Notes under the pieces: model-generated | Seen by the model: the letters and a program-made list of their open reading frames with translations, nothing else | What the model was told of the DNA's origin: nothing | Database searches by the model: none | Part shown: piece after piece, positions 7,874-16,989 of the stretch | Position numbering within the stretch: the stretch's first letter is position 1 | Layout: each line of letters opens with the position of its first letter | Program-made: the position numbers and the translations under genes | DNA from: Verrucomicrobiota bacterium | GTDB taxonomy: Bacteria; Verrucomicrobiota; Verrucomicrobiia; Limisphaerales; JADLHS01 | DNA: 32,083 bases | Assembly (NCBI GenBank): GCA_025360895.1 | Contig: JANYBF010000375.1 | Span: forward strand, 1 to 32,083 | Reading direction: 5' to 3'

Positions 7874-9226
7874 ATGGCCCCGACCACACAGAAACAACCC
7901 GCGTTGGTCGCGGATGCGTACTTGAAAAGCTTCAGCCACTTCGAGCGCGAAGCGAAACCGCCCATTTGGATGCTCCCGTTCCGCAAAGGAGGACTCGCGC
8001 GCTTCGCGGAACTCGGCTTCCCGACATTGCAGCACGAGGATTGGCGTTTCACGAATATCGCCCCCATCGTGAAACTACCGTTCAAGCCGGTGTTTGAAGC
8101 GATGGCAGACGACCTGACGTCGGAAGCCCTCAAGAATTTTCCGTTCGCCGACTTGCCGGGTTCGCGCTTGGTATTTGTGAATGGCCATTATGCGGCGGTA
8201 CTTTCCAAAATCGCGAAGCTGCCGGCGGGCGTAACCGTGGCCAGTGTTGCCTCCGTTCTTGCAGCGGAACCAGCGTTGCTCGAAAAGTATTTCGCCCAGT
8301 CATCGCCAGCCGGCGACAACGCTTTCGACGCGCTCAATCAGGCCTTCTTCCTCGATGGCGGATTTATCCATGTGCCCGCCGGCAAGGTGGTCGAACAGCC
8401 GGTGCAGCTCATTTACGTCACTACCTCGAATCAAAATGGCGCGACGATTCAACCGCGCAACGTCATCGTCGCGGAGGCGAACAGTCAGTTGACGGTAATT
8501 GAAAGCTATGTGACAGCGGTCGGCGCGGGTTATTTCACTAACACTGTCACGGAACTCGTCGTCGGTGACAAGGCCACGGTCGAGGTGCTGAAATTTCAGG
8601 ATGAGGCGGTGGATGCGTTTCACATGGCGGCGATTCACGGGCGGTTCGGTCGGGCGAGCAACACGCGGGTTCATTCGTTCGCACTCGGGGCGAAAATCTC
8701 GCGCAACAGCATCCGCACAAACCTGGCGGGCGAGGGTTTGGAGTGCATCCTAAATGGGCTTTACCTCACGCGCGGCGAGCAATTGGCCGATCACCACATG
8801 GTGGTCGAACATGCCCAGCCGCATTGCGCCAGCCACGAATATTTCAACGGCATTTTGGATGACAAATCCAAGGGCGTCTTCCACGGCCGCATTCTGGTCC
8901 AACAACTCGCGCAGAAAACCGACGCGAAACAGACCAATAAAAACCTTCTGCTCTCCGACGACGCCACGGCCAACACCAAGCCGCAATTGGAAATTTACGC
9001 CGACGACGTAAAATGCACACACGGTGCGACCATCGGTCAGTTGAACCAGGAATCCATTTTCTATCTGCGCTCGCGCGGCATCGGGCCGGAGACGGCGCGA
9101 CGGATGTTGATTCACGCCTTCGCTGGTGAAATTATCGAGCGCGTCAAACACGAAGCCGCGCGCGAGGAATTGGACAAACTGATATGGGAGCGCCTCGAAG
9201 CAAATCCGCATTTGTCGGCGAAATAG
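7874..9226 (+). CDS. sufD: Fe-S cluster assembly protein SufD
   Basis: The C-terminal pattern is SufD-like rather than SufB-like: AQKTDAKQTNKNLLLSDDATANTKPQLEIYADDVKCTHGATIGQLNQESIFYLRSRGI. The ATG at 7874 is preferred over the TTG at 7862. Confidence 0.85.
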   Translation: MAPTTQKQPALVADAYLKSFSHFEREAKPPIWMLPFRKGGLARFAELGFPTLQHEDWRFTNIAPIVKLPFKPVFEAMADDLTSEALKNFPFADLPGSRLVFVNGHYAAVLSKIAKLPAGVTVASVASVLAAEPALLEKYFAQSSPAGDNAFDALNQAFFLDGGFIHVPAGKVVEQPVQLIYVTTSNQNGATIQPRNVIVAEANSQLTVIESYVTAVGAGYFTNTVTELVVGDKATVEVLKFQDEAVDAFHMAAIHGRFGRASNTRVHSFALGAKISRNSIRTNLAGEGLECILNGLYLTRGEQLADHHMVVEHAQPHCASHEYFNGILDDKSKGVFHGRILVQQLAQKTDAKQTNKNLLLSDDATANTKPQLEIYADDVKCTHGATIGQLNQESIFYLRSRGIGPETARRMLIHAFAGEIIERVKHEAAREELDKLIWERLEANPHLSAK

Positions 9227-9230
9227 TTTC

Positions 9231-9350
9231 AACCACGAATGCACACCAATGGACACGAATATGTTCCGACCTGCCGGGGAGGTGACGGTCGGCGATCTGG
9301 AGAGCTTCCCCATGCGATTGATTCGTGTCTATTCGTGTGCATTCGTGGTT
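9231..9350. repeat. 120-bp hairpin (MITE/REP-like) element with 30-nt inverted arms built from CACGAAT-type 10-mers
   Basis: The left arm (9231-9260, AACCACGAATGCACACCAATGGACACGAAT) matches the reverse complement of the right arm (9321-9350) at 28/30 positions. An inner stem CCGACC/GGTCGG is also present. Confidence 0.85.
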
Positions 9351-9361
9351 AGATTCTCCCC

Positions 9362-9817
9362 ATGTTCGACGATCTGAACGATCTTTATCAGCAGGTCATC
9401 CTTGACCACTGCAAGAAGCCGCGGAATTTCCATGAGATGCCGCAGGCGACCTGCTCCGCGCAAGGTCACAATCCGCTCTGTGGCGACCAGTTGAAACTTT
9501 TCCTCGCGATGGATGGCGACACGATCAAGGACGCTAGTTTTGTCGGCTCGGGCTGCTGTATCTCTAAGGCGTCGGCATCCTTGCTCACGGCGTTTGCCAA
9601 GGGTAAAACCAAAGCAGACGTGGAAAAAATGTTCACGCAAGTCCACGACATGGTGATGACGGGTAAATTTACGGGCGACGTTGGAAAGCTGGCGGTGTTC
9701 GCGGGCGTTCACAAATATCCCGCGCGCGTCAAATGCGCCATCCTTGCCTGGCACGCTGTCATGGGTGCGCTCAAGGGCGACGCCGGATCAGTGACGACGG
9801 AGTCGGAACAGATTTAA
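9362..9817 (+). CDS. sufU: SufU/IscU-type Fe-S scaffold or sulfur-transfer protein
   Basis: Three conserved Cys contexts are present: NPLCGD, GSGCCIS and ARVKCAILAW. Confidence 0.85.
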   Translation: MFDDLNDLYQQVILDHCKKPRNFHEMPQATCSAQGHNPLCGDQLKLFLAMDGDTIKDASFVGSGCCISKASASLLTAFAKGKTKADVEKMFTQVHDMVMTGKFTGDVGKLAVFAGVHKYPARVKCAILAWHAVMGALKGDAGSVTTESEQI

Positions 9818-9975
9818 TTTGCGGCCGCCGACGCGTCCTCCCGCCCGGACTCTGGACCGCACGACCCGCAGACTTCGTAACAATTCGGACAGAGTTTGCG
9901 CTCGGCAAAATCAATCGCGCCGTAGCGGCCACAGTCATCGCAAGCAAGGTTCTCGTCGAGGTAGGGTGAACTCAT
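9814..9975 (-). CDS. small zinc-ribbon protein (53 aa)
   Basis: Translation: MSSPYLDENLACDDCGRYGAIDFAERKLCPNCYEVCGSCG.... Its ATG lies 4 nt after the LysE stop, so it may be translationally coupled. Confidence 0.4.
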   Translation of the reverse strand: MSSPYLDENLACDDCGRYGAIDFAERKLCPNCYEVCGSCGPESGREDASAAAN

Positions 9976-9979
9976 GCCA

Positions 9980-10669
9980 TCACCCTTTGGTTCGGGCCAG
10001 TTGCCAGGCGATGTGCGCGCCATGGAGCAAGGCCAGGCCAATCAGCCCAAGGCCGGAGAGATGTTCAATGCGCAACAGGGTTTTTTCGCTGAACTTGCCG
10101 TGCCCGCGCGACACGGCCCAGCTTAACCCAAAAAACCACAGGCCCGTGCCGAGCGCCACGCCGCCGACGCACGCCAGTTTACTTTCCCAAGTGGGCGACA
10201 CCCACTCGCGTGACATGAAATTGACGGCCAGAAAAATCCAGAATAGCAACACGCCCGGGTTGCCCATCACGCGCACCAAGCCCGTGAAAAACGCCGAGTG
10301 TGGTTGAAGCTTCTTCTCGATGCGCCCTTCAAGGCGATCGGCGGTGCGGCTGATGTGCATCGGCGAACTGACGGTTTTGGCCATTAGAAACCTGATGCCG
10401 AGAAACAGCATGAACACAAAACTGAATACTTCCATCGCCGCTTTGATGTAGGGGTTGCCAAAAAACGACGAGAAGCCCGTGAATGCAATCGAACAATAAA
10501 TCACTTCCATCACCGAGGCGCCCAGGCCGATGAGTGCGGCCCACTTGAAACCTCGCCGCGCCCCTTCGTTGATGATGGTCAGGTTGATCGGCCCGACGGG
10601 AATGGACAGCAACAGTCCGCTGATGAACCCGGTCAGTCCCGCAATAAGAATGGGGGGCAGTTCCGGCAT
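9980..10669 (-). CDS. LysE/RhtB-family amino-acid exporter
   Basis: It is a 229-aa protein with about six TM helices. The N-terminus LTGFISGLLLSIPVGPINLTIINEGARRG is typical of the LysE family. Confidence 0.8.
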   Translation of the reverse strand: MPELPPILIAGLTGFISGLLLSIPVGPINLTIINEGARRGFKWAALIGLGASVMEVIYCSIAFTGFSSFFGNPYIKAAMEVFSFVFMLFLGIRFLMAKTVSSPMHISRTADRLEGRIEKKLQPHSAFFTGLVRVMGNPGVLLFWIFLAVNFMSREWVSPTWESKLACVGGVALGTGLWFFGLSWAVSRGHGKFSEKTLLRIEHLSGLGLIGLALLHGAHIAWQLARTKG

Positions 10670-10675
10670 GAAGCG

Positions 10676-11548
10676 TCAGTCGGGTTTGGTGGTTTCTTCG
10701 TCCTCCTCGTCCTCGATCTCATGGCGGATGCGACGGGAGATGCGTGGGCGCACAAAACCGTAGATCAAATACGCGGTGAAGAACAGCGGGAGGATGAAAA
10801 TGAGGATTTTCCCCTTGGAGACCACTACGGCACCCAGCAACAAAATCGCGGCCAGCATCTTGGGAAACGTCCGCGTCGCACGCAAGTCCAGCGACTTAAA
10901 ACTGGGATACTTCACCTTGCTGACCATCATGGCTGAAAGAAACAGGAGGAGCACCGGCAGTAGATAACGCCATTTGCTGTGGCTGAAACGCTCTTCCATC
11001 CAGCCGGCTTCATTGAGCCAGATCATAAACATTGTCAGCGACGCCACGAGTGCGGCGGCCGAGGGAATAGGAAACCCGAGAAAATCCTTGCCACCGCCCA
11101 CCCCCGGGACGCTCGACATGACGTTGTAACGCGCGAGCCGGAAGGCGCCGCACACGAGATAGATCGAGGCGATGAACCAACCAATTTCAGGGTAATTCAC
11201 GAACACGTCCTTGAGCACGATCCGATGCACGAGAAATGCCGGGGCTGCGCCGAAGGAAATCAAGTCCGCCAGCGAATCGAATTCCCGCCCGAATGGACTC
11301 TCCGCGCCGCCCATGCGCGCCACGCGACCGTCGAACAAATCAAAGACGCACGCCGCCAGGATGAAGTAGAGCGCAATCCAGATGTCCCGGTAGTTGCCGC
11401 TAGGAATATCCGCTTCCACAATTTTTGTCAAAGCCACGAAGCCGCAGAAGAGATTTCCCGCCGTCAGCAGGTTGGGGAGAAAATAAATTTTCAACCGGGC
11501 GGCATCATTATCACCGTTAGCGGGTACTGGACTGGGAGAGGTGGTCAT
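10676..11548 (-). CDS. pssA: CDP-diacylglycerol--serine O-phosphatidyltransferase
   Basis: The CDP-alcohol phosphatidyltransferase motif DLFDGRVARMGGAESPFGREFDSLADLISFG is present, with the N-terminal PNLLTAGNLFCG. Confidence 0.85.
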   Translation of the reverse strand: MTTSPSPVPANGDNDAARLKIYFLPNLLTAGNLFCGFVALTKIVEADIPSGNYRDIWIALYFILAACVFDLFDGRVARMGGAESPFGREFDSLADLISFGAAPAFLVHRIVLKDVFVNYPEIGWFIASIYLVCGAFRLARYNVMSSVPGVGGGKDFLGFPIPSAAALVASLTMFMIWLNEAGWMEERFSHSKWRYLLPVLLLFLSAMMVSKVKYPSFKSLDLRATRTFPKMLAAILLLGAVVVSKGKILIFILPLFFTAYLIYGFVRPRISRRIRHEIEDEEDEETTKPD

Positions 11549-11778
11549 GAGTTTGTTGGGTTGAACGAGGCTAATTACCGGTTTGCGGCGACGATGGCGT
11601 TGCCGAACTTGTCCTGAAGGGACGCCGTTCCAGCGTGGTTCATAAGGTCAAGGTAAAGACGGTCGTCGCGCGTTCAAAGCACAAAATCCAGTCACCGGCA
11701 AGTTGTGCTCCATTTCCTGCTGGTGGCAATGATGCGCTTGCGTCCAGAAACTTTTCCGATACCGTCGCCTGCCAACGC

Positions 11779-12888
11779 ATGAACGCGCCTACGCCTTTCT
11801 GGCAACTACTGTTCGCGCCTGAAACTTCGAGCCAACCGCGAGTGGCGGTCGCAATGAAGTTGCTGACGAAACGAGGCAGCCCGCTGCTGCTGCTTCCTGA
11901 CCCGCCGCGCCTGGCAATCCGCGGACTGGAGCTTTACCCGGCGCAAACACCGCGCGGCCGCCTCGCCCGTTCCTTGGCTGGCTTGGTTTTGCAAGCGCGC
12001 CTGCCATTGGGGGGAAAGTCCGTGTGGGTGGATCTTTCACCCGAAGATTCTTTTGTCCGTTGGTTGGCAGGCTCGGCGCGCGTGGCTTTGGATAGCATTC
12101 CAAAGTTTGCCGTGCTGGCCGGCAACCCGAATACTCCCGGGCAACGGCTTATTCTTTTACTTTTCGATCCGGTTGGCCGCCCCGTTGCAGTTGTCAAAGC
12201 AGGCGTGACCAAAGCGGCGCAGAAGTTGATTGAACAGGAACAGCAATTTCTGGAAAGTGTCCCAACCGGTACGCATGGCATTCCGCCGGTGCGGGGAACA
12301 TTTGCCAATACGAAAGTGCGGGCGATCGCCCTCGATTTCCTCCCCGGTCGTTCGCCCCGTGAAGCGGACGAACATCGTCTCCCGCAAGTTTTGAAAAACT
12401 GGTTGCGGCCACAGCAAACAGTTTTTTTTACCGACACCCGCACCTGGCGGGAACTGGCTGCGACCAGTGCCGAGCATCCGATCTTCAAGTCGCGAGCGGT
12501 TTCGTTGCGGAACCAATCCAGCTCGGGCGCGCTTGTTCATGGAGATTTCGCACCTTGGAATGTCCGGGTGTCGCCAGCCGGTGTTTGGATGGTGTTGGAT
12601 TGGGAACGCGGCGATTTGAACGGTCTGCCCGCGTGGGATTGGTTTCACTACCTGATCCAGAAAAACATCCTGGTGCGGCACCAGCCGGCCACGTCGCTCG
12701 CTACTTCGGTTGAGGCGTTGCTCGCCGGTAGTGAATTCAAAGCTTACGCTCAAACCGCCGGCATCAACGGACACGAGCGTTCGCTGGTGCTGTTTTATTT
12801 GTTATACCAAGTGGAGGTGATTCGCCCCTCCGAAGGGCGGGCGGTAACCCGCGATTTATTAAGCCACCTGTCTGCGCGCTGGGGCTAG
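11779..12888 (+). CDS. APH/choline-kinase-fold phosphotransferase
   Basis: The catalytic loop LVHGDFAPWNV and a DWE (DFG-equivalent) motif are present. The start is ambiguous: ATG at 11779 or the downstream MKLL. Confidence 0.65.
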   Translation: MNAPTPFWQLLFAPETSSQPRVAVAMKLLTKRGSPLLLLPDPPRLAIRGLELYPAQTPRGRLARSLAGLVLQARLPLGGKSVWVDLSPEDSFVRWLAGSARVALDSIPKFAVLAGNPNTPGQRLILLLFDPVGRPVAVVKAGVTKAAQKLIEQEQQFLESVPTGTHGIPPVRGTFANTKVRAIALDFLPGRSPREADEHRLPQVLKNWLRPQQTVFFTDTRTWRELAATSAEHPIFKSRAVSLRNQSSSGALVHGDFAPWNVRVSPAGVWMVLDWERGDLNGLPAWDWFHYLIQKNILVRHQPATSLATSVEALLAGSEFKAYAQTAGINGHERSLVLFYLLYQVEVIRPSEGRAVTRDLLSHLSARWG

Positions 12889-13124
12889 ACAGTGCGCGTT
12901 TTTGCTGCGACCCACGCGCAGCACTCCAACTTGCGGCCCATGGTTTTCGGGAACACCTGAACGTACAATGACATCTCTGCGCCGACCGGTTTAGGCTTGT
13001 TGCCGGCGTTTTGCATCCATTAGACTGCTGTCTGCACAACACGCACTAACAACAAAACAATGTGTCAATCGAGTCTTGCACACTGCGTTCGCAACGCTGT
13101 TTCACGGAACGTAAAAATTGATTC

Positions 13125-14048
13125 ATGAACTGGCTTCTTAAGAGCGCACAATTTCAGGTTCTCTCGCTCCTGCCAGGAGGGACGCGTTTTTACAACTATA
13201 CCCAGGAACATATCACCCGGAGTACGGTCGCTTCGTTTCAGCGCGTGGCGCAAAAAGTTCAAGTTGGTTTGGATTTCTGGAACTGGCTCCGAAGGGAAAA
13301 CCAGATCGAGCAATTGACCGGCGGGCGGTTGTTGGATCTGGGTGCGGGCTGGCATCCCAGCATTCCCCTGTTGTGGTATGCCTTCGGTAACGACCAGCAA
13401 ACTTTGGTGGATGTTTTTCCCAACATGGACGCCAGCAAGGTCCGCGACACCTTCAAATTCTTCCACACCCTCGCAAACGATTCGCAGTGGGCGGGGCGCG
13501 AATTTGTGAAACGCCTGCCCGAAGCGTGTGATCCCAGTGTGACGGGTGTGGCCGCGTTGCTCGCACCGTTGGGGATGGAATATCATGCGCCGTACCATGA
13601 TTTACTGCCAAAGCGTCCCGGGCAGTATGACATCGTGATTTGCACCCAAGTCCTGCAACACATCCCCAAACCAGTGCAGGTGGCCATCTTTCGGGAACTC
13701 TACGCCTGCCTGAAGCCGGGCGGGCTCTTCCACGCCACGATTCACTTTGTCGGCCAATTCCGAAGTCCTAATGTGCGGCCAGGACAATACGAGCATCTGC
13801 GCTACTCTCCAGAAACCTGGGAAAAATGGATTAACTCCTCCCTCATGAGTTTCAACCGTCTCAAAGGCCCTGATTACCAGGAAACTTTGGCCCAAGCCGG
13901 TTTTCGCCTGCGCGAATTCAAACTTACAGCCGCAAGTGAGGCTGACCGCGCCGAACTGAAACGTATTCGGGTCCACCCCTGCTTCAGTCGTTACTCGGAA
14001 TTGGATCTGGCGGCCCGGGGTGTCTCCTTTGTCGCAGAAAAGCCGTGA
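13125..14048 (+). CDS. class I SAM-dependent methyltransferase
   Basis: Motifs: LLDLGAGWHP (motif I) and DIVICTQVLQHIPKPVQVAIFRELYACLKPGGLF. Confidence 0.75.
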   Translation: MNWLLKSAQFQVLSLLPGGTRFYNYTQEHITRSTVASFQRVAQKVQVGLDFWNWLRRENQIEQLTGGRLLDLGAGWHPSIPLLWYAFGNDQQTLVDVFPNMDASKVRDTFKFFHTLANDSQWAGREFVKRLPEACDPSVTGVAALLAPLGMEYHAPYHDLLPKRPGQYDIVICTQVLQHIPKPVQVAIFRELYACLKPGGLFHATIHFVGQFRSPNVRPGQYEHLRYSPETWEKWINSSLMSFNRLKGPDYQETLAQAGFRLREFKLTAASEADRAELKRIRVHPCFSRYSELDLAARGVSFVAEKP

Positions 14049-14812
14049 TCCTTGTCCTCACCTATCATCAAATTCGCGGTGCTGAAAAGAATCGCGACCG
14101 GGATTTTTATGCCGTTACCCGTGATGGGTTCGTGGCCCAAGTCAAGGCGACGCTGCAAGCGGGCGGCCGGGAAATGCCGGTCCGGGATCTGGTGACAAGT
14201 CGAACCATCCCCGTCCCAAGTGAAGCCAGATTTCTCCTGACCTTTGACGACGGTACCGTGGATCACTACGAAATCGTCTTTCCAGTCTTAAAGGAACTCG
14301 GATTGCGCGGAGTTTTTTTTGTGCCCACGGCAAAATTGAACCGTCCGGGCTATCTAGCTGATGCACAGGTGAGCGAAATGGCGGAAGCTGGCCAAGCGAT
14401 CGGATTTCACGGCCATGAGCATGTCCGGCTTGATCGGGCAACGGACGAAAAGATGCGGGACCAATTTCAACGCTCACGCGACATTCTCACGCGACTTACG
14501 GGTCAGCAACCTTTGGCTTTCGCGGCCCCCGGTGGCTTCTTGAGCGAACACCTTCGTGAAGTTGCCTTGGGATTTGGCGTGGAGGTGATTCGCACGATGC
14601 GTTGGGGGTTCAACCACCATCCCGATCAGACCGCGTTGGAAACGGTTCCCGTCAATCGTCACCTCACCGAGCTGCAATTCCAAAAAATCCTCAGAGGAGA
14701 ACCACCACCCCGCCTGCTTTATTTCGGCAAACAAGCAGCCAAAGCCCTCGTGCCCGCCCGGGCGTACGAGCGCTTGCGCGGGTTGGTTTTTAAATGCACG
14801 CCCAAGTCCTGA
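14045..14812 (+). CDS. polysaccharide deacetylase (NodB homology domain)
   Basis: Motifs: LLTFDDGTVDHYE, GLRGVFFVPT and GFHGHEHVRL. The GTG start overlaps the upstream stop by 4 nt. Confidence 0.8.
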   Translation: MILVLTYHQIRGAEKNRDRDFYAVTRDGFVAQVKATLQAGGREMPVRDLVTSRTIPVPSEARFLLTFDDGTVDHYEIVFPVLKELGLRGVFFVPTAKLNRPGYLADAQVSEMAEAGQAIGFHGHEHVRLDRATDEKMRDQFQRSRDILTRLTGQQPLAFAAPGGFLSEHLREVALGFGVEVIRTMRWGFNHHPDQTALETVPVNRHLTELQFQKILRGEPPPRLLYFGKQAAKALVPARAYERLRGLVFKCTPKS

Positions 14813-14817
14813 CTTTC

Positions 14818-16158
14818 ATGCAACCACCGCCCCATCTCATTATCGGCGCCGGTCTTACCGGGCTCTCCTGTGCCTACCATCTCGGTCAGGACTATGTCCT
14901 GGTGGAAAAGGAGAATGAACCCGGCGGCATCGTTCGCACCCGTAACCGGCACAATGGCTTTCTCTGTGACGGCACCGGGCACTGGCTGCATCTGCGCGAT
15001 GCCGGCATAAAGGCTTTGGTCAATAAGATCCTCCCCGACCAGTTGGTGGAACACGAACGTAAGGCCGTCGTCCATCTGCGCGACGTTTACACCCCGTATC
15101 CATTTCAAGCCAACACTTTTGGCCTGCCGCATGACGTCGGCATGGAATGTCTGCTCGGCCTGCTGAAAGCGCGGCACCCGGGAGACTTTGGGTTGACGGC
15201 TCCGACCGCGCCGGCTCAAAATTTTCGCGAAAGTGTTGAGCGACTTTTTGGCGAAGGCATCTGTAAACATTTCATGGTGCCGTACAACGAAAAGTTGATG
15301 GGCGTGAAGCTGGATGAGATTTCCGCCACGTACGCGGACCGTTTCATCCCCCGGCCTTCGCTCGAAGACGTGGTCAAGGGCGCGTTCGGTTTCTCGCGCG
15401 AATCCCTCGGCTACAATGCCAAGTTTGTTTATCCGCGCAACGGTGGGATCAGTTCCCTGCCCAAGGCGCTGGCGAACGCCCTCCCCGTCCCCCCGCGTTA
15501 CGAAACCCTGATCAAAAGTGTCAGTCTTGGTGAACGAACCGCGACGCTCACCACGGGGGAGCCGATCCGATTTAACCACCTCGTCAACACGATGTCGTTG
15601 AAGAATTTCGTTGGCATTCTCAGCGATGCGCCGGCTGAAATTCGCGCCGCCGCCGCCAAGCTCCGCGCGACGACGGTTCATTATTTCGACATCGGCGTGC
15701 GCGGCAAAGGCGACATCGCCAGTAATTATCACTGGATCTATTTCCCCGAACCGGAATTCGTCTTCTACCGCGCCGGCTCTTACTCCGCCGTCCACGCGGC
15801 CTCCGCACCAAAGGGTTGCCGCAGTTACTACGTCGAACTTTCCGGCGGCGACGCCATTGAATTACTCAAGCATCCGGAACAACTCCGCCAACGTGTCCTC
15901 ACCGATTTGAAACGCGCGCGCGTCCTATCCGAAGCGGACGAAATCCTGTTCATGGAGCTGTGTGACATCCCGCACGCGTACGTTATTTTTGATTCGAACT
16001 ACGAACCCTGCCGCAATCAAATTCTGGATTACTTGGCGTCGAACGACGTTTCCACCGGCGGCCGTTGGGGCGGTTGGAATTATGGCGGGATGGAAGACGC
16101 GCTGTTGGACGGCAAAGCCGCCGCGGACGGGATTCGCAACCAAAGCCATTTAATTTAA
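14818..16158 (+). CDS. FAD-dependent oxidoreductase, possibly UDP-galactopyranose-mutase-like
   Basis: A Rossmann motif IIGAGLTGLSCAYHL...LVEKENEPGG is present. The elements FVYPRNGGISSLP and C-terminal GGRWGGWNYGGMEDA are reminiscent of long-form UGMs. An alternative ATG lies at 14794. Confidence 0.7.
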   Translation: MQPPPHLIIGAGLTGLSCAYHLGQDYVLVEKENEPGGIVRTRNRHNGFLCDGTGHWLHLRDAGIKALVNKILPDQLVEHERKAVVHLRDVYTPYPFQANTFGLPHDVGMECLLGLLKARHPGDFGLTAPTAPAQNFRESVERLFGEGICKHFMVPYNEKLMGVKLDEISATYADRFIPRPSLEDVVKGAFGFSRESLGYNAKFVYPRNGGISSLPKALANALPVPPRYETLIKSVSLGERTATLTTGEPIRFNHLVNTMSLKNFVGILSDAPAEIRAAAAKLRATTVHYFDIGVRGKGDIASNYHWIYFPEPEFVFYRAGSYSAVHAASAPKGCRSYYVELSGGDAIELLKHPEQLRQRVLTDLKRARVLSEADEILFMELCDIPHAYVIFDSNYEPCRNQILDYLASNDVSTGGRWGGWNYGGMEDALLDGKAAADGIRNQSHLI

Positions 16159-16161
16159 ATT

Positions 16162-16989
16162 GTGAACCTGCCCACATTTGAGCCCGCAATCTGCAACAAA
16201 GCTTTCCACGATCGCGTCGCCGTAATTTATGGAGACATGTTTGATGCCTCGGCCACTTTGGACGAGCGGCAGTTATTTTACCTCCAGATGGTGTCGGACT
16301 TGGGCTGCTTGATGAAGGGAAAGCACCTGGTGGATCTGGGGCCCGGACTGTCAGCCGTTGGCCCGGTGGCGGCGGCGCTCGGAATGCAGGTCACGCTGAT
16401 TGATGATTACGCCGGTGGCGGCGCGGTGGATGTGAACCGGCGGGACATCACCCAGCGATTTATAACGGGATTCTGTGAGCGGCTGGGGGGGCGGGTAGAA
16501 GAAATGGATTTTGTCTCCAAGCCCCTGCCGCTGGCCGATGCTTCGGTGGATGTGATTACCTGTTTTCACAGTCTCGAACACTGGCATCACTCCCCGAAAC
16601 CGCTGTTCCGCGAGATCGTTCGTGTCCTCAAACCCGGCGGACATCTCATCCTCGCCACCCCGAACGCCGCCAACATTCGGAAACGATTCTTCGTCCCGTT
16701 CGGTCGCAACATCTGGTCAACCCTCACCGAGTGGTATCACGATGGCGACCCGGTGTTCCGTGGCCATGTGCGCGAGCCGATCGTCGGTGAACTCCATCAA
16801 CTGCTGGGTTGGAATCAATTTGAACTAGTGACAACCTATGGTCGCAATTTTATCGGTCGCGACAGTCAGTCGCTGGCGTTTCTCCCCCAGCCCTTTGTGC
16901 GCGCCGTGGCCATCGGGACGGATTACCTCCTGCGCTTCTTTCCGACGCTTTGCTCGGACATCCATGTCATAGGTCGCAAGCCCGTATGA
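16162..16989 (+). CDS. class I SAM-dependent methyltransferase (Methyltransf_11-like)
   Basis: Motifs: LVDLGPGLS, VDVITCFHSLEHW and LKPGGHLILATPN. Confidence 0.75.
   Translation: MNLPTFEPAICNKAFHDRVAVIYGDMFDASATLDERQLFYLQMVSDLGCLMKGKHLVDLGPGLSAVGPVAAALGMQVTLIDDYAGGGAVDVNRRDITQRFITGFCERLGGRVEEMDFVSKPLPLADASVDVITCFHSLEHWHHSPKPLFREIVRVLKPGGHLILATPNAANIRKRFFVPFGRNIWSTLTEWYHDGDPVFRGHVREPIVGELHQLLGWNQFELVTTYGRNFIGRDSQSLAFLPQPFVRAVAIGTDYLLRFFPTLCSDIHVIGRKPV

Noticed and set aside
14719-15795. 358-aa minus-strand ORF. Similar long antisense ORFs lie at 2714-3640, 8750-9313, 10979-11617, 11934-12488, 12157-12774, 13065-13598, 20463-21155, 27327-28334 and 28647-29546.
   Set aside because: Each lies opposite a gene with strong family motifs and has Arg/Gly/Ala-rich low-complexity translations. 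I treat them as GC-driven shadow ORFs.
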